64,000 nucleotides of DNA from a bacterium (GCA_963681965.1 OY820579.1:4000001-4064000), one strand, 5' to 3'; counted from the stretch's first letter, positions 21,221 to 31,873 are shown. A program made the numbers and translations. Notes: generated by a model from the sequence alone, not told the origin.

Positions 21221-22651
21221 TTACTCCTTCAATTCGAGATTCATACCGCATTTCGGACATTTCCCGGGATGATCGCTCACGATCTCGGGATCCATCGGGC
21301 AAGTGTAAATTTCTTTCGCTGGTTTCGCTGCCTCTTTTTGAGTTGTTTTCGCTGGTGTCTTTTCACTCTTCTGATCTGAGGTTTTCGCGGTAGAAGACAC
21401 AGTCGAGGGTGGTGACTGCAACACAGCACTTCCGATGTTTTTCATTTGGGATTCGGCATCGATCAAATATGCACCAGTCACAGCGATTTCGTCATCGGTA
21501 CCGATCCCCGAAATGATCGCTACACGTCCATCGGCACGCGATCCGGTAACAACGATTTTCGGAACGAATTTTCCGTCGCTACTCTTGCACCAGACCCGAT
21601 CCCTGGCACCAGTTTGCAAAACCGCTTCCTCGGGAACCGACAGGTACTCTTGTGTCTTGCCGCTTTTCCACTCGACTTCGACGGACATACCCGGTTTCCA
21701 TTTTAAATCGGAATTGCGCAGTTCCGCACGAACCGGAAGCGTTCGCGACATCATATCCAATTCGACTCCGATCGATTGCACAATCGCAGTGGAAGACTCG
21801 GTATCGTATCGAACTGCTAGTTTATCGCCGCGCTTCACCGCGAAGGCATCGCGTTCCAGAAATGCGGCTTCCACCCATACCGTTTCCAAATCGATAAAAT
21901 CGAGCAGCGTCATATTGCTCATTGTCCACTCGCCGATTTTGCCCATCCGTTCCATCAAGACACCACGCTGTTTTGCACGGAAAGTAAATCGGGTGTGCGG
22001 TTTACCAGATGATTTCAATTCATCGATCTGATCGGCATCCAATCCCATCGCCAGCAATTTCGCTTCGGCTGAAGCGATCACAGTTGCAGAATTCTTACCA
22101 CTAACTGCCGATAAGAATTCCGATTCAATCGAACTCAATTCGGGGCTATACACTGTCACTAGTCGATCGCCCGGTTTTACCACTGTCCCCGGTTCGGTAA
22201 TGAATATGGAATCGATCCGACCCATTGTTCGCAAAGAAAATTTCCATTGCGATTCCTGCTTCGCAGCAATTTTTCCGGTGACACGGGTTGCCGCTTGAAA
22301 CGGCAACAACTCCGGCTTTTCAGTCTTGACATTCGCCAGCACTTCTTGCGATGGCGACAAGTGCACCGCTTCGGCAACCGTTCCCGAATTTTCACCGGTG
22401 GCTACCGACGATTTCTTCACCAATTTCATACCGCAAATCGGACAATCGATCGCATGATCGCTCGTTACCTGAGGATGCATCGGGCAGACATATACTTCGG
22501 CAACTCCTGCAACGTTATCCTCGTGCTTGGTTGCCGGTCGCAGCCAGAGCCAGAGGTTAACTCCGATGCTCAACACTAAAATCAGACCCAGGATCGGCAA
22601 CCACGAATTTTTCGAATTCTTAACTTCAGGATTGTTCAATTGCTCGTTCAT
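21221..22651 (-). CDS. cusB: CusB-like RND periplasmic adaptor with two heavy-metal-binding (YxCPMxP...CPxCGM) domains
   Basis: Start trimmed to MNEQLNN, which overlaps the TolC stop (ATGA). Contains YVCPMHP..CPICGMKL, YSPEL, LIDAES and a C-terminal YTCPMDP..CPKCGMNL. Confidence 0.88.
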   Translation of the reverse strand: MNEQLNNPEVKNSKNSWLPILGLILVLSIGVNLWLWLRPATKHEDNVAGVAEVYVCPMHPQVTSDHAIDCPICGMKLVKKSSVATGENSGTVAEAVHLSPSQEVLANVKTEKPELLPFQAATRVTGKIAAKQESQWKFSLRTMGRIDSIFITEPGTVVKPGDRLVTVYSPELSSIESEFLSAVSGKNSATVIASAEAKLLAMGLDADQIDELKSSGKPHTRFTFRAKQRGVLMERMGKIGEWTMSNMTLLDFIDLETVWVEAAFLERDAFAVKRGDKLAVRYDTESSTAIVQSIGVELDMMSRTLPVRAELRNSDLKWKPGMSVEVEWKSGKTQEYLSVPEEAVLQTGARDRVWCKSSDGKFVPKIVVTGSRADGRVAIISGIGTDDEIAVTGAYLIDAESQMKNIGSAVLQSPPSTVSSTAKTSDQKSEKTPAKTTQKEAAKPAKEIYTCPMDPEIVSDHPGKCPKCGMNLELKE

Positions 22652-23964
22652 GGTTCGATCCTTCCCTGTAAATTGCCGGTTCTTGCCCAGCATTCCGCCA
22701 TCGACATCCGTTCTTCCATCTTCGCCATGATCAATTTCATCATCGCTTCCGATACCGCCATCAGTGGCACACGACCGCTGCGATATCCTGCCAGCGACGC
22801 AGTCCACGCTTGTTCGCGCGCCGGAATAATTTCCGTTTGATACCGGTGGATCGACATCCGCAAGCGTTCGATTTCCGCCTGTTCGGAGCGCACCATTTTT
22901 TCGAACTCGCGTTCCGCCGTGGCAAGCTTCTGCCGGTTCGACTCCAGCATCGCCCGTTCTTCGCCGATCATCGCTTTCTGATTGCTGTTCGCAAACAACG
23001 GGATCGGAAAGGTGACACCGAGCGATAACATCGGATCCTGATAGATAGTTTCATCCATCGACGATTTGACTCCATTGTGATCGACCGAGGTTGTGGTCAT
23101 TTTCAACGGTAGTCGATAGCCATAGATAAACATCAAATCGAGATCGGGATACCAGTTGTGTTGCGCCAATTGCAATGAACTCTGCGACACCTTCAGTTGT
23201 TGTCGAGCTGCGACCAGTTTCGGGGTGTTATCGCGATCGCCCGAACTGATTGCAGCATCACTCGACTCTGACGGTAACTGCAACGGCAATGAGGAAACCG
23301 CAAGTGAATCAGTCTCGCTGTTCCCGATCAATTGTCGCAATTCGGCTCTCCGTTTGGCAATCAGCGCTTCGTTTTCATCGCATTTCCGTTGCCAGTCCGC
23401 AGTCTCGGCTTCGACGTTGTAAATATCCGCCGCACTCCCCATTCCGGAAGAATTCATGGCAAGAGCCGCATCTTTCATCAACCGCAACAGAGTGACTCCG
23501 GAATCCAGTAATCCCACCATCGATTTTGTGGCAGCTAAATCGTAGTACGCCATCCGTACCATTGCTTCCATCTCGCGGGTTTCGACTTCCAATTCGGCAA
23601 CGATTGCATCAGCCTTGGCATCACCCAGCTTGCGCTGTAATCCCGTTTTTCCCGGAAATGGGATGCGCTGCATCAAACCGAATTGAATCATCGTCATCGG
23701 ATCGGCATCCAGTTTCAATTTCGGGTACGGGACATTCATCGCACCGACAGAAAACATCGGATTCATCCAACCGGAGTTCATCGCAGTACGGTTTTTTTGC
23801 GCGGCAATCATTGCCCGCATCGATTTTAAATCGGGGTAATTCGCACGCATGGTGGAAATCGCTTTACTTAGATTCGCATCGTCATCTCGCGCGAATGAAA
23901 TTCCCGGAAGCAATACCACATTTATTAAGAAACCAATGAATAAAATTCGAACAGTAGTTCGCAT
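22648..23964 (-). CDS. TolC family outer-membrane efflux protein (Met-rich, CusC-equivalent)
   Basis: Signal peptide, Q.IPFPGK, YPD.L, PIPLF, helical repeats; sits in an operon with cusBA. Confidence 0.85.
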   Translation of the reverse strand: MRTTVRILFIGFLINVVLLPGISFARDDDANLSKAISTMRANYPDLKSMRAMIAAQKNRTAMNSGWMNPMFSVGAMNVPYPKLKLDADPMTMIQFGLMQRIPFPGKTGLQRKLGDAKADAIVAELEVETREMEAMVRMAYYDLAATKSMVGLLDSGVTLLRLMKDAALAMNSSGMGSAADIYNVEAETADWQRKCDENEALIAKRRAELRQLIGNSETDSLAVSSLPLQLPSESSDAAISSGDRDNTPKLVAARQQLKVSQSSLQLAQHNWYPDLDLMFIYGYRLPLKMTTTSVDHNGVKSSMDETIYQDPMLSLGVTFPIPLFANSNQKAMIGEERAMLESNRQKLATAEREFEKMVRSEQAEIERLRMSIHRYQTEIIPAREQAWTASLAGYRSGRVPLMAVSEAMMKLIMAKMEERMSMAECWARTGNLQGRIEP

Positions 23965-24035
23965 GGGTCACTCCAATCAATACCTTGATCGACTACAGAG
24001 TAAATTCTGCAATCACAAACAGATGGAGTTTATTA

Positions 24036-24473
24036 TCAGGAAAGTAAAGGTAGAGTACGGGCGTGTGAAGATGGAGGTGCCAGTTGATCGAGTACTTGCC
24101 AATCAACGAAAAGCGCATTCTGATCGATCGGATTGGCGAATTCGATCATTTCCCAAACGATTGCAGTCAGGCTGGGAGGATCGAGTTGGAAACCGGAGTC
24201 GACAATCCCCTGATTGATGCGCTCACTGGTGTGTTGGCATTGGATTGGGGATTTGTTGCTCTCTTTCGGTACTGGCGGTGGAGCCGGCGATTCATCTTCC
24301 GCTTGACAGGCACAGCAAGTCCGCTTGGGGGTTTCGATAGATGTATTCGGTGTGGAAGTCGCGCTCGTTTCCATCATCTCCCGTGGACAGAGACAGGGAA
24401 TCACTGCTCCCGTCACCAACCAAAAGAGGGTGGTGATCAGAAAAAGCAGATTAGCGAAGCGAGTTCGGCGCAT
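24036..24473 (-). CDS. Small Cys-rich exported hypothetical protein upstream of the metal efflux operon
   Basis: N-terminal TM helix, PCLC, CCAC, C.H and a C-terminal APP motif; same strand as, and immediately upstream of, tolC-cusBA. Confidence 0.6.
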   Translation of the reverse strand: MRRTRFANLLFLITTLFWLVTGAVIPCLCPREMMETSATSTPNTSIETPKRTCCACQAEDESPAPPPVPKESNKSPIQCQHTSERINQGIVDSGFQLDPPSLTAIVWEMIEFANPIDQNALFVDWQVLDQLAPPSSHARTLPLLS

Positions 24474-24575
24474 TTCTTCCTAACAAAGTTATCTATTTAA
24501 AAGTACGAGAATAAAGATCAAAACAAGATAATATCCAAAATTAGACCCAGTTTGATCATCATCAAAAAAAAATGA

Positions 24576-24674
24576 TTATTTCATGTTTTTCAAGAAGATA
24601 ACCATACAATAACTGGTCATTCCGAGGATGATGCCCCAACTGATCACCATCATGACCCATCCACCAACTGTCAT
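24576..24674 (-). CDS. 32-aa single-TM protein, MetS-like small subunit of the NSS transporter
   Basis: MTVGGWVMMVISWGIILGMTSYCMVIFLKNMK; GGAGG RBS; begins 14 nt after the NSS transporter stop. Confidence 0.72.
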   Translation of the reverse strand: MTVGGWVMMVISWGIILGMTSYCMVIFLKNMK

Positions 24675-24688
24675 GTTAGTTCCTCCAA

Positions 24689-26263
24689 TTAACTCGGATC
24701 GGTTTCGTCGTCGAGCTTCTTGATATTTCCGTAATGCTTGCCTGCGAAATAGATCGCGATCAACAATGCAACACCTAATAGAATCATTCCCGCGCGGGTA
24801 TATAGCGTTGCCCACCAGACTTTCGGATCGGTGATCGCCGACATGGTGATCATCGGGATATTTTTCCGCGCCCAAAGCACGAGCATGATCAATAGGTAGA
24901 TCGGAGTGACATATTTAATGATGTATTCGAAAATCTTCGGGATCTTAATCAGACTCCCGCGATTCAATTCCTCGAGACCTTGTCGTGCCCCGAAAACCCA
25001 ACCGAAGATCCAGATCATCACCAACCCGCTGACGACGGGTAGGAAAGTACCGCCCCAGAAATCGAGTTCATCCAGCGTACCCAACGCCAAAGTTGTTTTC
25101 ACTCCCAGTGCTACGGCTAGCGTTACACCACCGACCAACAGTGTTGCTTTCTGACGGGTCAAGTTCAATTCGTCCTGCAAGAATGTCAGGATCGGCTGGA
25201 TCAGCGACACGGACGAAGTCAATCCGGCAAGGAAGAGGAGGAAGAACCACGAAAAACCAATCAGCGGGCTAAGCGGTAGCTTGTTGAAGATCAACGGCAT
25301 CGTCACGAAACCAAGATTGAATGATCCACTCTGCGCCACTTCCTGTGCGCCGACAGCGCCGAGAAAGATGAAGGCTGCGGGAATAATGATCGAGCCGCCC
25401 AACACGACTTCAGCGAGTTCATTCGTCGCCGAAGACGAGAGCGCAGAATGCGCAACATCGTCGTTCTTTTTCAGATAGCTGGAATATGCGAGAATTGCTC
25501 CCATCCCTACCGAGAGTGTGAAAAAGATTTGACCGGCAGCGGCAATCCAGACATCGACATTTGCCAGTTTACTAAAATCGGGGTTCCAAAGAAATCCCAA
25601 TCCATTCACCACATTTTGATCGGGCAGTGACGGATTCGGCGTACCGAGCGACAATACCCGGACGGTGAGGAAAATTGCCAATACGAGTAACAGCGGCATA
25701 CAGATTTTATTCAATCGTTCGATACCGGCGACAATTCCCCGCGAGACAATCCAGTAATTGATTAAAAATGCGACCAGAAAGAAGATGAGTGACCATGGAA
25801 TGCTACCCAATTGGCGGGTAGGATTGATCCCTTGGAATTCCAGAAGCACATCTTTCATGTCGGAGGGATTGGTAATGTTGTTCAACCACCCCAGTAGACT
25901 GAATCCGGAATAGGCAAGACACCACGATTCGATAATCAGATAGTAGAAGTTGATAACCAGCGGTACGAACAATCCGAAGATACCGAGGTATTTCGCCCAA
26001 CTGGAGCGCGATACGACATAAAACACACCTGGTGCGGAACCGCGACCGTATTGTCCGCCGTAGCGACCAAGGGTCCATTCAGCAAAGGCGATCGGTATCC
26101 CCAAAAATAAGAAGGCGATAAAGTAGGGGATCATGAATGCCCCCCCGCCATTGGCAACTACTTGTGTCGGGAATCGTAAGAAATTCCCGAGACCGACCGC
26201 ACTTCCCGCCACAGCGAGGATGATGCCGATGCGACTACCCCAATTTTCTCTTGAACCAGCCAT
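24689..26263 (-). CDS. Sodium-dependent transporter, NSS (SLC6/LeuT-like) family
   Basis: RENWGSRIG.ILAVAGSAVGLGNFLRFP, GGGAFMIPY, QIFFTLSVGMG, FLAGLTSSVS. Confidence 0.93.
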   Translation of the reverse strand: MAGSRENWGSRIGIILAVAGSAVGLGNFLRFPTQVVANGGGAFMIPYFIAFLFLGIPIAFAEWTLGRYGGQYGRGSAPGVFYVVSRSSWAKYLGIFGLFVPLVINFYYLIIESWCLAYSGFSLLGWLNNITNPSDMKDVLLEFQGINPTRQLGSIPWSLIFFLVAFLINYWIVSRGIVAGIERLNKICMPLLLVLAIFLTVRVLSLGTPNPSLPDQNVVNGLGFLWNPDFSKLANVDVWIAAAGQIFFTLSVGMGAILAYSSYLKKNDDVAHSALSSSATNELAEVVLGGSIIIPAAFIFLGAVGAQEVAQSGSFNLGFVTMPLIFNKLPLSPLIGFSWFFLLFLAGLTSSVSLIQPILTFLQDELNLTRQKATLLVGGVTLAVALGVKTTLALGTLDELDFWGGTFLPVVSGLVMIWIFGWVFGARQGLEELNRGSLIKIPKIFEYIIKYVTPIYLLIMLVLWARKNIPMITMSAITDPKVWWATLYTRAGMILLGVALLIAIYFAGKHYGNIKKLDDETDPS

Positions 26264-26467
26264 AGTCACCTTTTCTTATCTGTTGTAGTTGAATGGAGGA
26301 GTTTAGCACGATCTGTGATTTGAATCAAGTCATTTGGTTGCCAATTGGTTATTTTTTCGCTTGAATGACAAAATAAGACTCGCTGAAATAGTGGATCTGA
26401 AAGAATCGTGTCGAGTGAACTGATATCCTATTTATCGAACACGTTACAGATTAATTAGCGACGATAA

Positions 26468-26575
26468 TATCTCTTGAAAATAAGTTGTTATCGGTAGTAG
26501 TAGGGGCGGCTCCCCGCGGCCGCCCGCAGATCAAGAGAAGCCTGACACCAAATCATGACAAATTATTTTCAAGAA
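26468..26575 (+). repeat. TIR-bounded REP-containing miniature element, copy B
   Basis: TATCTCTTGAAAATAAGTTGTTATCGG...GTAGGGGCGGC-hairpin-GCCGCCCGCAG...ATGACAAATTATTTTCAAGAA. Confidence 0.8.
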
Positions 26576-26637
26576 TCACAATTTTGCATTCCTGTTTAGT
26601 AGAAAATAACGTGAAATCCGCTAACTCCATTCCGATA

Positions 26638-26670
26638 AAGAAAAATTGGGGCGTTCTGATACGCCCCAAT
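26638..26670 (-). terminator. Intrinsic terminator of the YCF48-like gene
   Basis: On the minus strand: ATTGGGGCGT-atcaga-ACGCCCCAAT followed by a T run. Confidence 0.75.
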
Positions 26671-26731
26671 CCAATTCCAAAGTCACAATTAATTTCTCAT
26701 TGACTAAGCACGACGCATAGAGCTCCATTTG

Positions 26732-28960
26732 TTACTTCAGCAACACGATCTTCCGGGTTTGGACCGAAGTACCCGCCTGCAAACGGACGAAGTAAGTGCC
26801 GGAAGCGTGTGCACTGCCATCAAACGTGGCGCGGTAACTGCCAGCTTGCTGATACCCGCGATACATCGTCTGCACTTCCCTTCCCTGCAGATCGAAAATC
26901 TTCAGTTCGATGTTGCTTGCGCGCGGCAACTCATACGAGATAGTCGTAGTCGCATTGAAGGGATTGGGATAACTGGTGTAGAGAATAAACTGATCGGGTA
27001 TACTCTTCGATTGATTTTCCTGAACAAAAGTAGAACCACCATCCGTAGTACGCAAAATGGATCCGCCCATGCCAACGACCCATGCAACCGAGGCATTTGC
27101 GGCAGCGATGTCATTTTTTTCTAATAGGTCGTTATTCGATTGTTCGATCCAAGTAGCTCCACCGTCTGTCGTTTTGCACAAATATTCTCCCACACCCCAA
27201 CCGATATTTCGATCGACGAATTTTACTTTTTTGAAGGAAGTTGGCAATTCAATCCGCGACCATGTTCCACCACCATTTGTGGTGCGAACTAATAAAATGG
27301 TGTATCCATAAGGATCAGCGCTACTCGCCCAACCATATTGGGTGTCGACAAATTGTATTCGACTTAACAGATCACTTGCTGAACTATACTGCTGTTGCCA
27401 ATGGCTGCCGCCATCGGTTGTATGATGGATCGTATGTTGCGTGATCGACGAAACAGTACGATTTCCGATACACCAGCCATTGTTGGCATCGAGAAATTGA
27501 CTATTGCCAATCCCAATTGTTGTGTCGATTGACAAATTACGCCAGACAACTCCACCATTCGTTGTTCGATAGATCCGACGGTTCCCGGAAACCCAGCCAT
27601 TGTTGGCATCGATAAAAGATAAACCACTGATATAAGTTGGACTGGATAGACGTTGCCAGGTATTCCCGCCATCGGTAGTGTGGATAAATACTGCACTCAG
27701 CATGACGACTGCCCAACCCGAGTTGGCGTTCACGAAGGTTACATAATTGTATTGAGCTGTTGGAAGATTCGTCCCCTGGACATGCCAGGAAGTCCCACCG
27801 TCGGACGTGTGAAAGATCGCTCCCGCATTGGCTGCTGTATCGACATTCCCGGTACCAACCGCCCAGGCATTGTTCGTATCGATACATGCGACGCTCGTCA
27901 ACCAATCGGCGTATCCTTTCGTCTGCAATTTCCAAGAACTTCCACCATTGGTTGTGGTTAGGATGGTCCCGTACATCGAAACAACACAGCCATTGTTTAA
28001 ATTAGCGATCGAGAAACTTGCCAAATCGAACGAAAAACGTGAGTTGCCAGTTTGAGAATATTGAGTTTGCCAGCTCCCTCCTCCATTCGTAGTATGCAAA
28101 ATAACGCTGTTATAATCTTGTTCGCCAATTGCCCAACCGTTATCATGATCGATAAATTGGATATGATAAAAGCTGTTATGGGTGTCGGCATACTGTCTAA
28201 TCCAATTCGTACCGCTATTGGTCGTATGCCTCAGAAAGGAGCCGGGAACTCCGTAATCTTGTCCGGAACACCAGCCTTCGCCCGAACTGAGCACAGAAAT
28301 CGAAAAGAACACACACTCTTCAAAAATTTGCCGTTGCCAGGTGTGTCCACCATCGATTGTTCGAAAGATATAACTATATGGATGATCATCGGTCAGATGC
28401 GTGCTGTAACCAATAATCCATCCGTTATTATTGTCGATAAATTGAATTTGTCTGAAATAAGTACTATCGACTGGTTGGGTTTCCCAATTGATTCCGCCAT
28501 CATCGGTAAAATACACCCGGGAATACCACGTGGTTGACGAAGAATACACGGTTCCAATCAACCAGCCATGAGTTTGATCTGTAAAAAAGAGGTCGCTAGG
28601 GATATCGAACACAGGCGTATTTCGTTGCTGCCAATTCAAACCACCATCCTCGGTGGCTAGAAAAATATGATCACCGGCAATCCAACCTTGATTTGAATCG
28701 ATAAAAGAAACCTGGTAGAGATCAGCCACTCGACCACTGCTCTGAAAAGTCCAACTAATACCACCGTTGATCGTATGAAGAATCGTGCCACCATTTCCAA
28801 CAGCCCATCCGGTCGTCGAGTTGATAAATTTTACATCATTCAGACGCTGACCGGTAGGTTTTGGATTCTGCCACTCCCACCCTTGGGCAAATACCGAGAT
28901 TGGGAGCATTACGATGAATAGTAGAAGACCGAAAGAAGAAAGTGATGAGCTGGATTTCAT
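26732..28960 (-). CDS. Secreted YCF48/BNR-repeat beta-propeller protein with T9SS-type C-terminal domain
   Basis: Start MKSSSS with GGAG RBS; many 'F.D...GW..G......T.DGG..W' repeats; C-terminal YPNPFNATT...ASGTYFVRLQ...RKIVLLK. Confidence 0.88.
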   Translation of the reverse strand: MKSSSSLSSFGLLLFIVMLPISVFAQGWEWQNPKPTGQRLNDVKFINSTTGWAVGNGGTILHTINGGISWTFQSSGRVADLYQVSFIDSNQGWIAGDHIFLATEDGGLNWQQRNTPVFDIPSDLFFTDQTHGWLIGTVYSSSTTWYSRVYFTDDGGINWETQPVDSTYFRQIQFIDNNNGWIIGYSTHLTDDHPYSYIFRTIDGGHTWQRQIFEECVFFSISVLSSGEGWCSGQDYGVPGSFLRHTTNSGTNWIRQYADTHNSFYHIQFIDHDNGWAIGEQDYNSVILHTTNGGGSWQTQYSQTGNSRFSFDLASFSIANLNNGCVVSMYGTILTTTNGGSSWKLQTKGYADWLTSVACIDTNNAWAVGTGNVDTAANAGAIFHTSDGGTSWHVQGTNLPTAQYNYVTFVNANSGWAVVMLSAVFIHTTDGGNTWQRLSSPTYISGLSFIDANNGWVSGNRRIYRTTNGGVVWRNLSIDTTIGIGNSQFLDANNGWCIGNRTVSSITQHTIHHTTDGGSHWQQQYSSASDLLSRIQFVDTQYGWASSADPYGYTILLVRTTNGGGTWSRIELPTSFKKVKFVDRNIGWGVGEYLCKTTDGGATWIEQSNNDLLEKNDIAAANASVAWVVGMGGSILRTTDGGSTFVQENQSKSIPDQFILYTSYPNPFNATTTISYELPRASNIELKIFDLQGREVQTMYRGYQQAGSYRATFDGSAHASGTYFVRLQAGTSVQTRKIVLLK

Positions 28961-29218
28961 GAGCGACTCCTGCAACGTTGAGCGATCCAACACAAAAAAG
29001 AAAGCAAGCAGAAAGAACGGAAAGAATGATTTGATATATACTACTTAATTCATTTGCAAAATTCAATCAATATTGTCAGCTTTGGAAAATATTTTGCTCA
29101 TTTTCGTTTATCCGAGTTGGATATCATTCTCGATGGCTTTGGGCGAATCGCGCCATAACTTCTGAAAATTATTGATCGAATTCGCCCTTCACTCGTTTGA
29201 TCCTTGTCTGTCTAAAGG

Positions 29219-30070
29219 TTACACTTTCGTCTTCGCCTCGTTCCAAAGTCGATCCAGTTCCGGTAATCCGACTTTGCTCAACAGGTCGCCGCGTGTCTTT
29301 ACGGTATCCTCGATGTATTCAAACCGCCGCTGGAATTTATTGATCGTCGAGCGCAGCGCATCTTCCGGATTGACACCATATTTCCGTGCAAGATTGACTA
29401 CTGTGAACAGCACATCGCCAAGCTCCTCTTCCCAGTGCCGTTTGGCGAGATCGCGTTCGGCATCGGAGCCATTGGTCGAATCAGTATGTTCCTGTGCCGC
29501 TTCATTCAATTCACGGAGTTCTTCTTCCAATTTCTCATAGACATCTTCCGGTTTCTCCCAATCGAAACCGACATTTGCCGCTTTCTCTTGTACCCGGTAG
29601 GCACGCAACAACGCCGGCAATTCGCGCGGCACCCCTTCCAAGACCCGACGCCCTTCGCGCTGCTTACTCGCCTCCCAATTTGCCAGCCCCTCTTTCGCGG
29701 TTTGTGCCGTCACATCACCAAACACGTGTGGGTGACGCGACAACAGCTTCTCCACAATCCCATTCACTACATCGGTGTAAGTGAATTTGCCCGCTTCCTC
29801 GGTCAACCGGCAGTGAAATACGACCTGCAACAGTAAATCGCCTAACTCCTTCTTCAATTCGGCATCGTCATCGTCGTCCAGCGCCATCAGCACTTCGTAA
29901 GTCTCTTCGAGTAAATAGGGTCGCAACGACCGGTGATCCATCGATCGATCCCAGGGGCAACCATCGTCGGAGCGGAGTCGCGCCATCACTGCTGCCAATC
30001 GTTCACTAGCTTCGCCCACTCCCGCCGGGGGAATCCCTAACCGCTCGTCTTTATCCCAACGTTTCGACAC
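29219..30070 (-). CDS. mazG: Nucleoside triphosphate pyrophosphohydrolase MazG
   Basis: LR...GCPWD, EETYEV, ELGDLLLQVVFH, RHPHVFG, GFDW, EELGDVLF, KF.RRF..IE. Confidence 0.95.
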   Translation of the reverse strand: MSKRWDKDERLGIPPAGVGEASERLAAVMARLRSDDGCPWDRSMDHRSLRPYLLEETYEVLMALDDDDDAELKKELGDLLLQVVFHCRLTEEAGKFTYTDVVNGIVEKLLSRHPHVFGDVTAQTAKEGLANWEASKQREGRRVLEGVPRELPALLRAYRVQEKAANVGFDWEKPEDVYEKLEEELRELNEAAQEHTDSTNGSDAERDLAKRHWEEELGDVLFTVVNLARKYGVNPEDALRSTINKFQRRFEYIEDTVKTRGDLLSKVGLPELDRLWNEAKTKV

Positions 30071-30093
30071 AAATACCTCGATTATTTTGATCG

Positions 30094-30822
30094 TTAGATT
30101 GCCCAGCCACCCGATACTACCAAATTCGTACCGGTAACATACCGGTTTTCATCGGCTAACAGAAACTGAACGGCGTGATTGATATCCTCGGGTGTTCCAC
30201 ACCGCTTTGCCGGTACCCCAACCGCCAATTCGTACTCCATATCAATCGACATCTTGCCATTCTGCATCAATCCCGGTGAAATCATATTCACTCGCACACC
30301 GTTGGGGGCTTCGGTCCGGGCGAGGGTTTTCATCATCACCAACAGCGCGGTCTTCGCCGCTGAATACGGCATGGTCTGGGATTGACTATGGAGCTGATCG
30401 GCATGTGCCACACCAAAAAAGAGCAGTGAACCGGTGGTTTCCCGGAGATACGGAATCGTTTCCCGAGCCAGGAAATAGTTGGCATCGACATTATTCGCAA
30501 AGAGGGTATGCCATTCGGCATCGGAATAGTTCAGTGGCGATTTCATCAGGAATGCACCTTGCAGTGCAATAACCGCATCAATTTGGTTAAAGAGTTCTTT
30601 CGCATAACGAATAGTCAGCGCGACGACAACTGAATCGGTAGCGTCAAGCTGTTTGATCGTTACAGCGATACCCAGTTGTTCAGCTTCCTGTTTCCACGCG
30701 TCTGCGGATGCTGCGTCGTGATAATAGGTTAGCAAGACCCGATCGAAACCGAGTGCCGCTAATGGGTGCATCAATGATCGACCTAACCCCGAGGTGCCAA
30801 CGAGAATTGCAGTTTTTCCCAT
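30094..30822 (-). CDS. Short-chain dehydrogenase/reductase (SDR)
   Basis: G.SGLGR Rossmann motif, YSAAK catalytic motif, VRVNMISPG, YVTG.NL.VSGG. Confidence 0.85.
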   Translation of the reverse strand: MGKTAILVGTSGLGRSLMHPLAALGFDRVLLTYYHDAASADAWKQEAEQLGIAVTIKQLDATDSVVVALTIRYAKELFNQIDAVIALQGAFLMKSPLNYSDAEWHTLFANNVDANYFLARETIPYLRETTGSLLFFGVAHADQLHSQSQTMPYSAAKTALLVMMKTLARTEAPNGVRVNMISPGLMQNGKMSIDMEYELAVGVPAKRCGTPEDINHAVQFLLADENRYVTGTNLVVSGGWAI

Positions 30823-31003
30823 GAAACAGTTCTCCAGTTGTTTGAATCTAAGACAAGAACTCCTTATTTTGAAAGTTATGCATGGATAGTATTATCAGAG
30901 CCATTGTGATAGAATGATTTCCAGTAATTCGAGTAGTACGCTCAAGCTGTGATCCGGCGTCAATATTTTGCCGGGTAGTCCACCAACCATAGGATTGAAA
31001 TCG

Positions 31004-31825
31004 ATGCGCTGCCCCAAATGTAAAGGTTCGGTTCCCGACAAGTTAACCGTCATAACGTGTCCCTGTTGTGGTGCACCCGTTCGCCGTATTCCGCTAACCA
31101 CCGACTTCCGGTTTGCCCTTCAAGTAATGGCGGAACGAAATGGCTGGATCTTTTGGTCGATTTGCGCCATGTTCTTCTGGATATTTTACGCCATGTTCGG
31201 CGTCATTTTCACCAAGGGAACGACAGCACGCCTCTTCGACGACCATATCGTCATCTTCTTTGCACACTGCTTCTTTACCGGTCTACTGATGGATTTGTTC
31301 ATGAAAGTGAATGCGTTCACCATGCGGATTGCCGAGAAAGAGACCTTGAAACGGGCGCCATTGCAAGTTCGACGGTTTCGACTTGGTACCAATATCGCCA
31401 TCGGTGTTGCAATCGTCGCATCGCTTGCGTCTGCCGATGCTGGACGGTTCGAACACTTTTCCAATATCAATCTGGTAATCGAGCATTCGTTCTATCTGGG
31501 TATCTATTACCCGTTCTTCGGTACATTGCTGGGAATTTTATTGATCGGAATCTGGTGGGCATGGTTTCCGTATATGATCGCGCTCGAAGATTTCGACGAT
31601 CGGCGGATCGTAGCGTTCTTTTACGAATTCCATTGCGACGATTTGGGTCGCTGGCGCCGGATGTCGATTTGGGTCATGTTGGTTTACATCTTTGGCGGAA
31701 TGATTGCCGCATATATGCTTGCCAGCCCGGGTGCATACAAGTGGTTGACCGAATCGGAATTCATCCAGTTCATGGTCAGTCGCATCGGCATGATGTTCTA
31801 CTGGGTACCCGATTTCTTCAAATAG
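31004..31825 (+). CDS. Multi-pass membrane protein with an N-terminal zinc ribbon (CPKC...CPCC)
   Basis: Start trimmed to MRCPKCKG; about 5 hydrophobic segments; followed by a terminator. Confidence 0.7.
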   Translation: MRCPKCKGSVPDKLTVITCPCCGAPVRRIPLTTDFRFALQVMAERNGWIFWSICAMFFWIFYAMFGVIFTKGTTARLFDDHIVIFFAHCFFTGLLMDLFMKVNAFTMRIAEKETLKRAPLQVRRFRLGTNIAIGVAIVASLASADAGRFEHFSNINLVIEHSFYLGIYYPFFGTLLGILLIGIWWAWFPYMIALEDFDDRRIVAFFYEFHCDDLGRWRRMSIWVMLVYIFGGMIAAYMLASPGAYKWLTESEFIQFMVSRIGMMFYWVPDFFK

Positions 31826-31844
31826 AGTTACCGATTTCAGAAAT

Positions 31845-31873
31845 AAGGCGGGACGATTTGTCCCGCCTTTTTT
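31845..31873 (+). terminator. Intrinsic terminator
   Basis: AAGGCGGGAC-gattt-GTCCCGCC-T7. Confidence 0.8.

Noticed and set aside
22652-22807. N-terminal extension of CusB
   Set aside because: It overlaps the TolC 3' end; ATGA coupling at 22648-22651 gives the better start.
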